Source of the DNA: an uncultured Acidimicrobiales bacterium
Lineage (GTDB): Bacteria > Actinomycetota > Acidimicrobiia > Acidimicrobiales > VFJN01
Length of the DNA: 64,000 nucleotides
Reading direction: 5' to 3'
Assembly: GCA_963739835.1 (NCBI GenBank)
Contig: CAVUBW010000026.1
Span: 127,538 to 191,537 of the forward strand
Numbering within the stretch: the first letter of the stretch is position 1; every line of letters starts with the position of its first letter. Positions 1 to 8,296 of this stretch are shown here, in pieces. The translations under genes were made by a program, and so were the position numbers. The notes beneath the pieces are model-generated. The model had not been told where the DNA came from. It did not search any database and saw only the letters and a list, made by a program, of their open reading frames with translations.

Positions 1-509
1 AGCGCCTTGCCCTCCATGACCGGCAGCGCCGCCTCGGGCCCGATGTCGCCCAGACCGAGCACCGCGGTGCCGTCGGTGACGATGGCGACCGTGTTCTTCT
101 TGATCGTGAGGTCGTGGACCCGGTTGGGCTCGGCCGCGATCGCGTTGCACACCCGGGCGACCCCGGGTGTGTAGGCCATCGACAGGTCGTCGCGGTCGGC
201 GACCGGCATGCGGGCCAGCACCTCGATCTTGCCGCCGTCGTGCATGAGGAACGTGCGGTCGAGCACCTCGAGCACCTCGCAGCCCTCGAGCCCGTCGGCG
301 GCGGCGCGCACCGTGGCGATGTGCGCCTCGCTGCGGCAGTTGACGACCACGTCCTCCTCGAGGGCCGGACCGCGTACGTCGAACCCGCCGATGGCGGTGA
401 TGTTGCCGCCGGCCTCGCCGATGGCGGTGGCGAGGCGGCCGAGGGAGCCGGGACGGTTATCGAGGCGGACCCGGAGTCGGATCGAGTACGCAGCGGTCGG
501 CGATGTCAC
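1..509 (-). CDS. NAD(P)-dependent malic enzyme, N-terminal part (ACT domain plus start of malic-enzyme domain); gene continues beyond the left edge
   Basis: Own reverse-strand translation from GTG 509-507: VTSPTAAYSIRLRVRLDNRPGSLGRLATAIGEAGGNITAIGG...DRTFLMHDGGKIEV...RDDLSMAYTPGVARVC...VTDGTAVLGLGDIGPEAALPVMEGKA. The last motifs are typical of malic enzymes. Absent from the ORF track because no stop lies in the window. Confidence 0.8.
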   Translation of the reverse strand, partial: MTSPTAAYSIRLRVRLDNRPGSLGRLATAIGEAGGNITAIGGFDVRGPALEEDVVVNCRSEAHIATVRAAADGLEGCEVLEVLDRTFLMHDGGKIEVLARMPVADRDDLSMAYTPGVARVCNAIAAEPNRVHDLTIKKNTVAIVTDGTAVLGLGDIGPEAALPVMEGKA

Positions 510-575
510 GGGCGGAAAGTAGCCGCGCCGCCCGGCGTGCCCACAACCGGTTATCCGGGTCGTACGGTGGGGAGC

Positions 576-1649
576 GTGCCAGGCGTGTTCGACATCCTCA
601 CGACCGACGGCTTCGAGCAGGTGGCGTACTGCCACGACGCCGCGACCGGTCTGCGGGCGATCATCGCGATCCATTCCACCGCGCTCGGGCCCGGGCTCGG
701 CGGCACCCGCTTCTACCCCTACGCGTCCGAGGCGGACGCTCTCGTGGACGTGTGCCGGCTGGCCCGCGGGATGACCTACAAGCACGCCGTGTGCGGCAAC
801 GACCTCGGCGGCGGCAAGGCCGTGATCCTCGGCGACCCGGCGCAGGTGCGCAGCGAGGCCCTGCTCCGGGCGTACGGCCGGTTCGTCGAGGGGCTGTCGG
901 GCCGCTACCTCACCGCCGAGGACGTGGGCACCACCCAGGCCGACATGGACGTCATCCGGCGCGAGACCCGTCACGTGACCGGCGTGAGCGAGTCCCTGGG
1001 CGGGTCGGGCGACCCCTCCCCCGCCACCGCCTGGGGCGTGCTGTGGGCCATGAAGGCGGTGACCGAGCGCCTGTGGGGCACACCGTCGCTGAGCGGGCGG
1101 CACGTGTGCATCTCGGGCGTGGGCAAGGTCGGCGGGGCGCTGGCCGAGCACCTGGCCGCCGAGGGCGCCAAGCTCACCGTCACCGACGTCGACGGGGCCG
1201 CGGTCGACGCCATCGTCGAGCGGCACGGGGCGGTGGCGGTCGCCCCCGAGGCGGCCCACACCGTGGGCTGCGACATCTTCTCGCCCTGCGCGCTGGGCGC
1301 CGTGCTCAACCCGGTCACGATCCCCGAGCTGCGCTGCGACGCCGTGGTCGGATCGGCCAACAACCAGCTCGCGGCCCCGGCCGACGCCGAGCGGCTGCGC
1401 CACCGGGGCATCGTCTACGCCCCCGACTACATCGCCAACGCCGGCGGCGTCATCAACATCGCCGAGGAGCCCCACGGCTACGACCGGGCGCGGGCCTACG
1501 ACCGCATCCGCAGCATCCACGACACGCTGCTGGCCGTGTTCGATCGGGCCGAGGCCGACGGGACGACCACCGCCGCCGCGGCCGACCGCCTGGCCGAGGA
1601 GCGGATCGCCGCCGTGAGCCACACCCGCCTGATCCGCACCTCCCGGTGA
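576..1649 (+). CDS. Leu/Val/Phe dehydrogenase (Glu/Leu/Phe/Val dehydrogenase family)
   Basis: Last ~357 aa of track ORF 114..1649: VFDILTTDGFEQVAYCHD..GLGGTRFYPY..CGNDLGGGKAVI (catalytic Lys motif)..ISGVGKVGGALAEHL (Rossmann). Start set at in-frame GTG 576 after GGTGGGGAG; 567 or 585 are also possible. The upstream part of the track ORF is antisense to the malic enzyme gene. Confidence 0.85.
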   Translation: MPGVFDILTTDGFEQVAYCHDAATGLRAIIAIHSTALGPGLGGTRFYPYASEADALVDVCRLARGMTYKHAVCGNDLGGGKAVILGDPAQVRSEALLRAYGRFVEGLSGRYLTAEDVGTTQADMDVIRRETRHVTGVSESLGGSGDPSPATAWGVLWAMKAVTERLWGTPSLSGRHVCISGVGKVGGALAEHLAAEGAKLTVTDVDGAAVDAIVERHGAVAVAPEAAHTVGCDIFSPCALGAVLNPVTIPELRCDAVVGSANNQLAAPADAERLRHRGIVYAPDYIANAGGVINIAEEPHGYDRARAYDRIRSIHDTLLAVFDRAEADGTTTAAAADRLAEERIAAVSHTRLIRTSR

Positions 1650-1719
1650 CCGGAGGTTCGCGCAGACGTAACCCGTCTCCGGCCGGGCGGGGCCTCCCGG
1701 GTCGCTAGGGTCGCCGGCT

Positions 1720-2532
1720 GTGGCCATCGCTCTCGTGATCGTGATCGTGGCCGCCGGGCTGGCGTGTGCCGTGCTGGCCCGCGGCCGCCAGGACCTGCAA
1801 CGGCGGCTCGGCGCCGCCGGCGAGGAGCAGCGGCGGACCGAGGAGCGGTTGGCGGCCGTGACCGCCGAGCGGGATCAGCTGCGCGGCTCACAGGAATGGT
1901 TCGCCGCCGCCAACACCCGGGCGGTCGCCGAGGCCGACCGCCAGCGGGAGCGGGCCGACGACCTGGAGCGGCGGCAACGGGAGGCCGAGCACGCCGCCGC
2001 CAACGGCGCGGCCGACGCCGGGAACCGGGACGGCCAGGCCGACGACGACGGCGTGTGGCTGCTGCTCCTGGCCCACATCGCCCGCCGCTGGGGTGCGGTC
2101 GTCGGCGTGCCGCCGGCGGGGCGGGCGGTGACGACCGGGCCGGCGTCCGACCAGTTGCGCGAGGCGGTCGCCCGCGAGACCGAGCGCCTGCGGGAGGAGG
2201 TCGGCGTCGACGTCGAGGTCGTCGTGGCGGCCGACGACCCCGCCGGGCCCCGCCTGGGTGACAACCCGGCCGACCGGGTGCCGGCGCTGCTCGCCGCCGT
2301 CGAGCTGCTCGGCGTGCTGGCGGCCTCGGCGCAGCAGGTGACGGTGACGATCGGCCAGGAGCTGGTGCTGGAGGGCGACGGTTGGCTCGACGACGGCGAG
2401 CTCGCCGCCGTGCGCGACCGGGCCGCCGCGGCCGGGGCGGTGGTGGGGCCGGTGCTCGTGGACGACGAGCGGGCCGAGGTCGTGGTCCGCTCCAGCGACG
2501 ACACCACCGCGAGCCCGGCGGTCGGATCGTAG
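1720..2532 (+). CDS. hypothetical protein, N-terminal TM anchor plus Arg/Glu-rich coiled-coil-like region
   Basis: Track ORF; MAIALVIVIVAAGLACAVLA then RRLGAAGEEQRRTEERLAAVTAERDQLRGS... No family recognised. Confidence 0.5.
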   Translation: MAIALVIVIVAAGLACAVLARGRQDLQRRLGAAGEEQRRTEERLAAVTAERDQLRGSQEWFAAANTRAVAEADRQRERADDLERRQREAEHAAANGAADAGNRDGQADDDGVWLLLLAHIARRWGAVVGVPPAGRAVTTGPASDQLREAVARETERLREEVGVDVEVVVAADDPAGPRLGDNPADRVPALLAAVELLGVLAASAQQVTVTIGQELVLEGDGWLDDGELAAVRDRAAAAGAVVGPVLVDDERAEVVVRSSDDTTASPAVGS

Positions 2533-2586
2533 AGATCTAGAACGCCTCGCCGTTCCGTCAGGTACGGCGAGTAGCATTCGGTCCCG

Positions 2587-4443
2587 ATGGTGAGGCCTGG
2601 GGGCGAGACGCTGGTCGCCGCGCACGTCCACGCGTCGGGAGCGACCGTCACCGGCCGGGGCGGCACCGACGGCGACAGGCCGGTCGTCGAACCGAACCGG
2701 CCCCGGCTCGACGAGCGGCGGCTGTTCCTCGTCGCCGTCGCCGTCGTCGCGCTGCCCTTCGTCGTCACCGCCGTAGCGCTGATCACCGGCGTCGGCTCGC
2801 GCTACCTGCCGGCCGGCGACCTGGCCATGACCGAGATGCACGTGCGGGACATCGGCCACCACCAGGTGCTGACCGGGCTGTACTCCCGCCTCGACTGGAG
2901 CCACCCCGGCCCGCTGCAGTTCTACCTGGTCGCCCCGTTCTACTGGCTGAGCGGCCGCTCGTCGCTCGGCCTCGTGCTGGGCGCGCTGGCGCTCAACCTG
3001 GCGTCGATCGTCGGGATCCTCGCCGTCGCCCGCCGCCGCGGCGGCACCCCGCTGCTGCTGTGCAGCCTCGTCGCGTCGCTGCTGCTGACCCGCACGCTCG
3101 GGCCCGAGTACCTCGGCGACGCCTGGAACGTGACGCTGACCCTCCTGCCGTTCGTCCTGCTCGTGTTCCTCGTGTGGTCGCTCGGCGTCGGGGAGACGTG
3201 GGCGCTGCCGGTGGCCGCCCTCGTCACGTCGTTCCTGGTCCAGACCCACGTCGGGTTCCTGGTGCTGGCGCTACCGCTGTTCGCCGGGGGCGCGGTCGTC
3301 CTCGCCCGGCGGACCGGCCGCGGCTGCCGCCGGGCCGTGCTGGTCACCGCCGGGGTGCTGGCGGTCGTGTGGCTGCCGCCGGTGCTGGACGCGGTCATGC
3401 ACCAGCCGAGCAACCTGACACGGGCGTACGACTACTTCCGCGACCCCGGCGATGCCGGCCACTCGCTCGCCGAGGGCTGGCGGGTGGCGACCGGGCAGTT
3501 CGGCGCCAAGCCCGAGTGGCTCACGGGGAAGCTGCCGCCCGCGTTCACCGGCGAGTCGCCGTTCCTGCACGCCTCGCCCCTGCCCGTGCTGCTGCTGGTC
3601 GTGGCCGCGGCGGCGGTCGTGGTGTGGCGCCGGGGCCGCCACGGCCCCGGACTGGTGCTCACGTGGCTGGCGGCGCTCGCCGCCGTGGTCCTGTCGATCG
3701 TGCAGACCCCCGGCCCGGTCGGGGACTACCGGCTGCGCTACACCTGGGCGCCGCCGGCCGTCGCGGCGGTGATCGTCCTGTGGGGCGGCTGGCTGGCCGT
3801 CACGCGGTGGCGACCCCGCGCCGGCCGGGCGCTCGTGCCGGCGGCGCTGGCCGTCGCCGTGGCGCTGTCCGGCCTCGACGCGGTGACGGGCGCGCGGGCG
3901 GGCGTGCCCCATGAGGACGACGTCACGGTGGTCAGGGCGCTGTCCACCCCGGTGATCGACCTGGCCAGGAAGGTCGACGGGCCGGTGGTGGTCACGGACC
4001 TGGGATCGATCGCCGCGCCCTGGTACTCGCGGGCAATCGTGTTGCAGCTCGAACGCCGGGGCCTCGACATCGAGGTCGACCGCGACGTGCGCTACTGGTT
4101 CACGCCGACCCGGCAGTACTGGGGCGGCCGGGTCGAGGCCCGGGTGATCGTGGTCAGCGACGGGCACGTGGGCCGCCTCGTCGGCGTGGACGGCCTGACG
4201 CTGCTGGCCCGGTGGCGGCCGATCCCCGCCGTCCTGGACGTCCTGGCCCAAGGGGTGCTGGACGACGCCTTCACCAGCCACGAGGCCGGCAAGCTGAGCG
4301 ACGAGGACTTCGTACGGGTGGTCACGGAGGTCGGCGGCGCCCGGAGGGGCGCGCGGCCCCGGACGACCACCAACGACGTGGCAGTGTTCCTGGACGAGCG
4401 GCCGCCCGGCACGCCCCTGCCGCCGCCCGAGACCGACGGCTAG
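2587..4443 (+). CDS. large polytopic membrane protein, putative GT-C-type glycosyltransferase
   Basis: Track ORF, 618 aa. About 10 or more hydrophobic segments are followed by a soluble C-terminal domain. Function is inferred only from architecture; the start is uncertain. Confidence 0.55.
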   Translation: MVRPGGETLVAAHVHASGATVTGRGGTDGDRPVVEPNRPRLDERRLFLVAVAVVALPFVVTAVALITGVGSRYLPAGDLAMTEMHVRDIGHHQVLTGLYSRLDWSHPGPLQFYLVAPFYWLSGRSSLGLVLGALALNLASIVGILAVARRRGGTPLLLCSLVASLLLTRTLGPEYLGDAWNVTLTLLPFVLLVFLVWSLGVGETWALPVAALVTSFLVQTHVGFLVLALPLFAGGAVVLARRTGRGCRRAVLVTAGVLAVVWLPPVLDAVMHQPSNLTRAYDYFRDPGDAGHSLAEGWRVATGQFGAKPEWLTGKLPPAFTGESPFLHASPLPVLLLVVAAAAVVVWRRGRHGPGLVLTWLAALAAVVLSIVQTPGPVGDYRLRYTWAPPAVAAVIVLWGGWLAVTRWRPRAGRALVPAALAVAVALSGLDAVTGARAGVPHEDDVTVVRALSTPVIDLARKVDGPVVVTDLGSIAAPWYSRAIVLQLERRGLDIEVDRDVRYWFTPTRQYWGGRVEARVIVVSDGHVGRLVGVDGLTLLARWRPIPAVLDVLAQGVLDDAFTSHEAGKLSDEDFVRVVTEVGGARRGARPRTTTNDVAVFLDERPPGTPLPPPETDG

Positions 4444-4997
4444 CGCGCCTCGACGTCCTTCTCGAACGGGAAGCCCAGGTCGGGGGCCGTGACCAGCGCC
4501 CGGACCGGCAGGCCCTGCTCGGCCGCCAGCGCCGTGACCGTCCCGCCCCGGTCGACGACCGGCACGAGCAGCACGGGCTCGGCGCCCGCCTCGCGGACCA
4601 CCGCCGCGGCCTCCAGCATCGACACGCCCCGGGTCACGGCGTCCTCGGTGATCGCCACCCGGTCCCCCGGTTCCAACGCCCCGGCGACCCGGCCGCCGGC
4701 TCCGTGGTCCTTGGCCGTCTGGCGGACGCTGAACGCCCGCAGCGGCCGGCCCCGGACCGCGGCGATGCCGGCGGTGGCGAAGGCGACCGCATCGGCCCCC
4801 ATCGTCAGGCCGCCGAGCGCGGTCACGTCGTCGGGCAGCACCGCCAGCAGGGCGTCGGCCACCAGCACCATCCCGTCGGGGCGGCACGTCGTCTGCTTGG
4901 CGTCGATGAACCAGCCGCTGCGCCGGCCCGACTTGAGCACGAAGTCGCCCCGCCGCACGGCGTGCGTGAGCAGGTGCTCGACCAGGGCAGCCGTCAC
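4440..4997 (-). CDS. pyrE: orotate phosphoribosyltransferase
   Basis: C-terminal 185 aa of track ORF 4440..5873: VTAALVEHLLTHAVRRGDFVLKSGRRSGWFIDAKQ...LGGLTMGADAVAFA...PGDRVAITEDAVTRGVSMLEA. GTG start at 4997 overlaps the purM stop. Confidence 0.85.
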   Translation of the reverse strand: MTAALVEHLLTHAVRRGDFVLKSGRRSGWFIDAKQTTCRPDGMVLVADALLAVLPDDVTALGGLTMGADAVAFATAGIAAVRGRPLRAFSVRQTAKDHGAGGRVAGALEPGDRVAITEDAVTRGVSMLEAAAVVREAGAEPVLLVPVVDRGGTVTALAAEQGLPVRALVTAPDLGFPFEKDVEAR

Positions 4998-6049
4998 CCC
5001 AGGTGGACCTCGCGCCCCGGGCCGGACGCCGGGGCCAGGTGCCCGACCTCGACCGCCGCGTGCCCCGACCGGCGCAGCGCCGCGAGCGTGCGGGCGGCGT
5101 CGTCGGGCGGCACGACGACGAGCATGCCGAGGCCGAGGTTGAACACGTGCTCCATCTCGTCGTCGCCGACCTCGCCCCGGCGCTGGATCTCGGCGAAGAT
5201 CCGCGGCTCCTCCCAGGCGCCGCGCTCGACGACGGCGTCGCCGCCGTCGGGCAGCACGCGCACGAGGTTGCCGGGGATGCCGCCGCCGGTGATGTGGGCC
5301 ACGGCCCGGACGTCGACGTCGCCGCGCAGCGCGACCATCGCCGGCGCGTAGATCACGCGTCGGCCCCAGCAGCTCGTCGCCGAGCGGTGGTGCGCGCCCG
5401 CCACGCCGGCGTCGTCGAGGCCGCGGCCCGCCCGGTCGAGCAGCACCCGGCGGGCGAGCGAGTAGCCGTTGCAGCGCAGGCCGGGCGACGGCAGCCCGAT
5501 GAGCACGTCGCCGGCCCGCGACGCCTGGCCGGGCAGGATCCGGTCGCGCTCGACGACGCCCGACCGCGAAGCCGACGAGGTCGAACTCGCCGGGCTCCAT
5601 CACGCCGGGGTGCTCGGACATCTCGCCGCCGATCAGCGCGCAGCCGGCCTGGCGGCAGCCCTCGGCGACGCCGGCGACGATCTGCGTCGATCGCGCTCGG
5701 GGACGAGCTTGCCGACCGAGATGTAGTCGAGGAAGAACAGCGGCTCGGCGCCCTGGCACAGCGATGTCGTCGACGCACATCGCGACGAGGTCGATGCCGA
5801 TCGTGTCGTAGCGGCCGGCGGCCGGGCGATCAGCGACTTGGTGCCGACGCCGTCGGTCGACGACGACGAGCACCGGCTCGCGGTAGCCGGAGCCGGCCGA
5901 GCGACGAACAGCCCGCCGAAGCCGCCGATGTCGCCGATGACCTCGGGCCGGAACGTCGAGCGGACGTGCTCCTTGATCAGCTCGACGGCCTTCTCGCCGG
6001 CCGCGATGTCGACGCCGGCGTCGGCGTAGGTGAGCGGTCTCGTCGCCAT
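4994..6049 (-). pseudogene. purM: phosphoribosylformylglycinamidine cyclo-ligase (AIR synthetase), frame-disrupted in this sequence
   Basis: PurM segments are scattered over three frames: MATRPLTYADAGVDIAAGEKAVELIKEHV..GGFGGLF / GYREPVLV / STDGVGTKSLIA / AAGRYDTIGIDLVAMCVDDIA / QGAEPLFFLDYISVGKLVPE / IVAGVAEGCRQAGCALIGGEMSEHPGVMEPGEFDLVGFAVG / LIGLPSPGLRCNGYSLARRVLL / LGDELLGPTR / IYAPAMVAL..HITGGGIPGNL..NLGLGMLVVV. At least 8 frame changes. Confidence 0.85.
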
Positions 6050-6059
6050 CGCGCCGGCC

Positions 6060-7568
6060 TCAGGCGGTCGTGCCGTCGAGCGCCGGCTGCACGATGTCGG
6101 CGGCGGGCGCCACGAGCGGCTCCTCGAGCACGTGCTTCGCGTCAGGGTGACCGGCACCGGCACCGGGTAGTCGCCGGTGAGGCAGGCGGTGCAGAACGCC
6201 GCCGCTCGGCGCGCCGGTCGCGCTCCACCAGCCGGTCGAGCTCGAGGTAGGCGAGCGAGTCGACGTCGAGGTAGTCGCGGATCTCGCCGACCGAGCATGT
6301 CGGCGGCGAGCAGCTCGGAGCGGTCGCCGGTGTCCATGCCGTAGAAGCACGGCCAGCGGTACGGCGGCGACGAGACCCGGAAGTGCACCTCGCGCGCGCC
6401 GGCCTCGCGCAGCATCGCGCACGATCTGCTGCGGGGTGGTGCCCCGGACGATCGAGTCGTCGACGACGACGAGGCGCTTGCCGCGCGATGTTCTCGCGCA
6501 GCGGGTTGAGCTTCAGGCGCACGCCGCGGCCGCGCATGCGCCTGGCTCGGCTGGATGAACGTGCGGCCGACGTAGCGGTTCTTCACCAGCCCGTCGCCGT
6601 ACGGGATGCCGCTGCGGCGGGCGAAGCCCTGCGCCGCCGGGACGCCCGACTCGGGCACCGGCATCACCATGTCGGCGTCGACCGGCGCCTGCTCGGCGAG
6701 CTCCTCGCCCATGCGCTGACCCGGGCCGCGTGCACGCTCTGGCCGTAGAGCCGGGTGTCGGGCCGGGCGAAGTAGACGAACTCGAACAGGCAGAGCTTCG
6801 GGTCGCGGCTCGGCGAACGGGTGCGAGCGACCGGAGCCCGTCGGCGTCGATGACGACCATCTCGCCGGGCTCGACCTCGCGGACGAAGTGCGCGCCGACG
6901 ATGTCGAGCGCGGCGGTCTCGCGTCGCGAGCACCCAGCCGCCGTCGTCGGGGCGCGCCCGAGCACGAGCGGCCAGAAGCCGTGGGGGTCGCGCACGCCGA
7001 ACGACCGGGCCTCGTCCATGAGCACGAGCGAGAACGCCCCGGCGAGCCGGGGCAGCACGGCGGCGACGGCCCGAGCTCGACGGCTCGTCGCCGTCGCGGG
7101 TTCGGCCTCCAGCTCGGCGGCGATCAGCTCGGCGACGAGGTCGCTGTCGCTGGTGACGGTTGCCGGCGAGCATCCCGAGCCCCGTCGGCGAGCGTCGTCG
7201 GTGTTCGTGAGGTTGCCGTTGTGGCCGAGCGCGAACCGGCGCTCGCCGACCGAGCGGTAGACCGGCTGCGCGTTGCGCCAGGTGCGTCGACCCGGTGGTC
7301 GAGTAGCGGCTGTGGCCGATCGCGAGGTGGCCCTCGAGCGGCGCGAGGCGGCGCTCGTCGAACACCTGGTGACGAGGCCCATGTCCTTGACGACGGTGAG
7401 CTTCTCGCCGTCGCTGACCGCGATGCCGGCCGACTCCTGCCCGCGGTGCTGGAGCGCGTACAGGCCGAGGTAGGTCAGTTGGGGAACGGTGGGGCCGGGG
7501 GCGTACACGCCGAAGACCCCGCACGCCTCCCGCAGGTCGTCGTCGTCGGGACCGGCGGGCCCGATCAT
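6060..7568 (-). pseudogene. purF: amidophosphoribosyltransferase, frame-disrupted in this sequence
   Basis: MIGPAGPDDDDLREACGVFGVYAPG..LYALQHRGQESAGIAVSDGEKLTVVKDMGLVT / QVFDERRLAPLEGHLAIGHSRYSTTGS / NAQPVYRSVGERRFALGHNGNLTN / SDSDLVAELIAAELE / AFSLVLMDE..GVRDPHGFWPLVLG / LDIVGAHFVREVEPGEMVVID / PVPESGVPAAQGFARRSGIPYGDGLVKNRYVGRTFIQPSQ / AGAREVHFRVSSPPYRWPCFYGMDT lie in different frames. At least 8 frame changes. Confidence 0.85.
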
Positions 7569-7690
7569 GCCGGCGGCCCCGGTTGTTGCGCGTCGATCAC
7601 GGACCACAGTCTGCCGGACGGGCACCCCCGACCGGCGAACCGGCAGCCTGTGGCACCGGACGCGCTGCGCGTCCAATACGCTGCCGAGCG

Positions 7691-8218
7691 ATGGACCTGC
7701 TCCAGCGCACCCTCGCGCGCTCGCCGACGATCGAGAAGTTGGTCAAGTACTCGGCCGCATCGGCGGTCGGTGTCGGCGTCGCGGTGCCGGTCCTGGCGAT
7801 CGCGTACGGCCCGCTGGGCTGGCTCGCGGCCAACCTGCTGTCGGTCACCTGCGGGTCGGTGCCCAACTACCTCATCAACCGCCGCTGGACCTGGCACCAG
7901 ACGGGCAAGAACCGCCTGTGGGGCGAGGTCGTCCCGTTCTGGGTGATGAGCGTGCTGGGCATGATCCTGAGCCTGTTCGCGGTGAGCTACGCGGACCAGC
8001 GCTGGGGCACGAAGCTGTCGGTGGTGGTCGCCCAGCTGGCGGGATTCGGCGTCCTGTGGCTGGCCAAGTTCCTGATCCTCGACAAGGTCATGTGGAAGAT
8101 CGTCCACGAGATGCAGCCGGACGTGGCCATCGACGAGGCCGAGGCGGGCCTGATCGGCGCCCTGGACATGGACGGCAAGGACGGCGAGCCCGCAACCCCA
8201 GACCAGGTGAGGCGGTAG
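7691..8218 (+). CDS. GtrA family membrane protein
   Basis: ATG 7691 within track ORF 7583..8218: [30 protein letters not shown]...[32 protein letters not shown]...[12 protein letters not shown]. Typical GtrA-like pattern with four TM segments. Confidence 0.8.
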   Translation: MDLLQRTLARSPTIEKLVKYSAASAVGVGVAVPVLAIAYGPLGWLAANLLSVTCGSVPNYLINRRWTWHQTGKNRLWGEVVPFWVMSVLGMILSLFAVSYADQRWGTKLSVVVAQLAGFGVLWLAKFLILDKVMWKIVHEMQPDVAIDEAEAGLIGALDMDGKDGEPATPDQVRR

Positions 8219-8232
8219 ACGGCCTCGTTAGG

Positions 8233-8288
8233 CGCTTTTCGTCCCTGGAACTGGTCGCCATGGCGACCACTTCCAGGGACAAAACGCG
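8233..8288. repeat. ~55-nt palindromic repeat unit (copy E1), 9 nt downstream of the purL stop and 15 nt after the gtrA-like stop
   Basis: CGCTTTTCGTCCCTGGAACTGGTCGCC-ATGG-CGACCACTTCCAGGGACAAAACGCG. Arms are near-perfectly complementary. Related copies lie at 25305-25360 and 51561-51616. Confidence 0.8.
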
Positions 8289-8296
8289 ACGGGGCG

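Noticed and set aside
4994-7568. Programmed ribosomal frameshifting, transcriptional slippage or another recoding mechanism as the cause of the broken housekeeping genes
   Set aside because: There are many slips per gene, of both signs, at non-homopolymeric and non-slippery sites, with no shared motif. Neighbouring genes of the same operons are clean. Sequence error is far more economical.
8233-8288. Palindromic GTTTT...AAAAC units as CRISPR repeats
   Set aside because: They occur as isolated single units tens of kb apart, with no repeat-spacer periodicity and no cas genes in the window.
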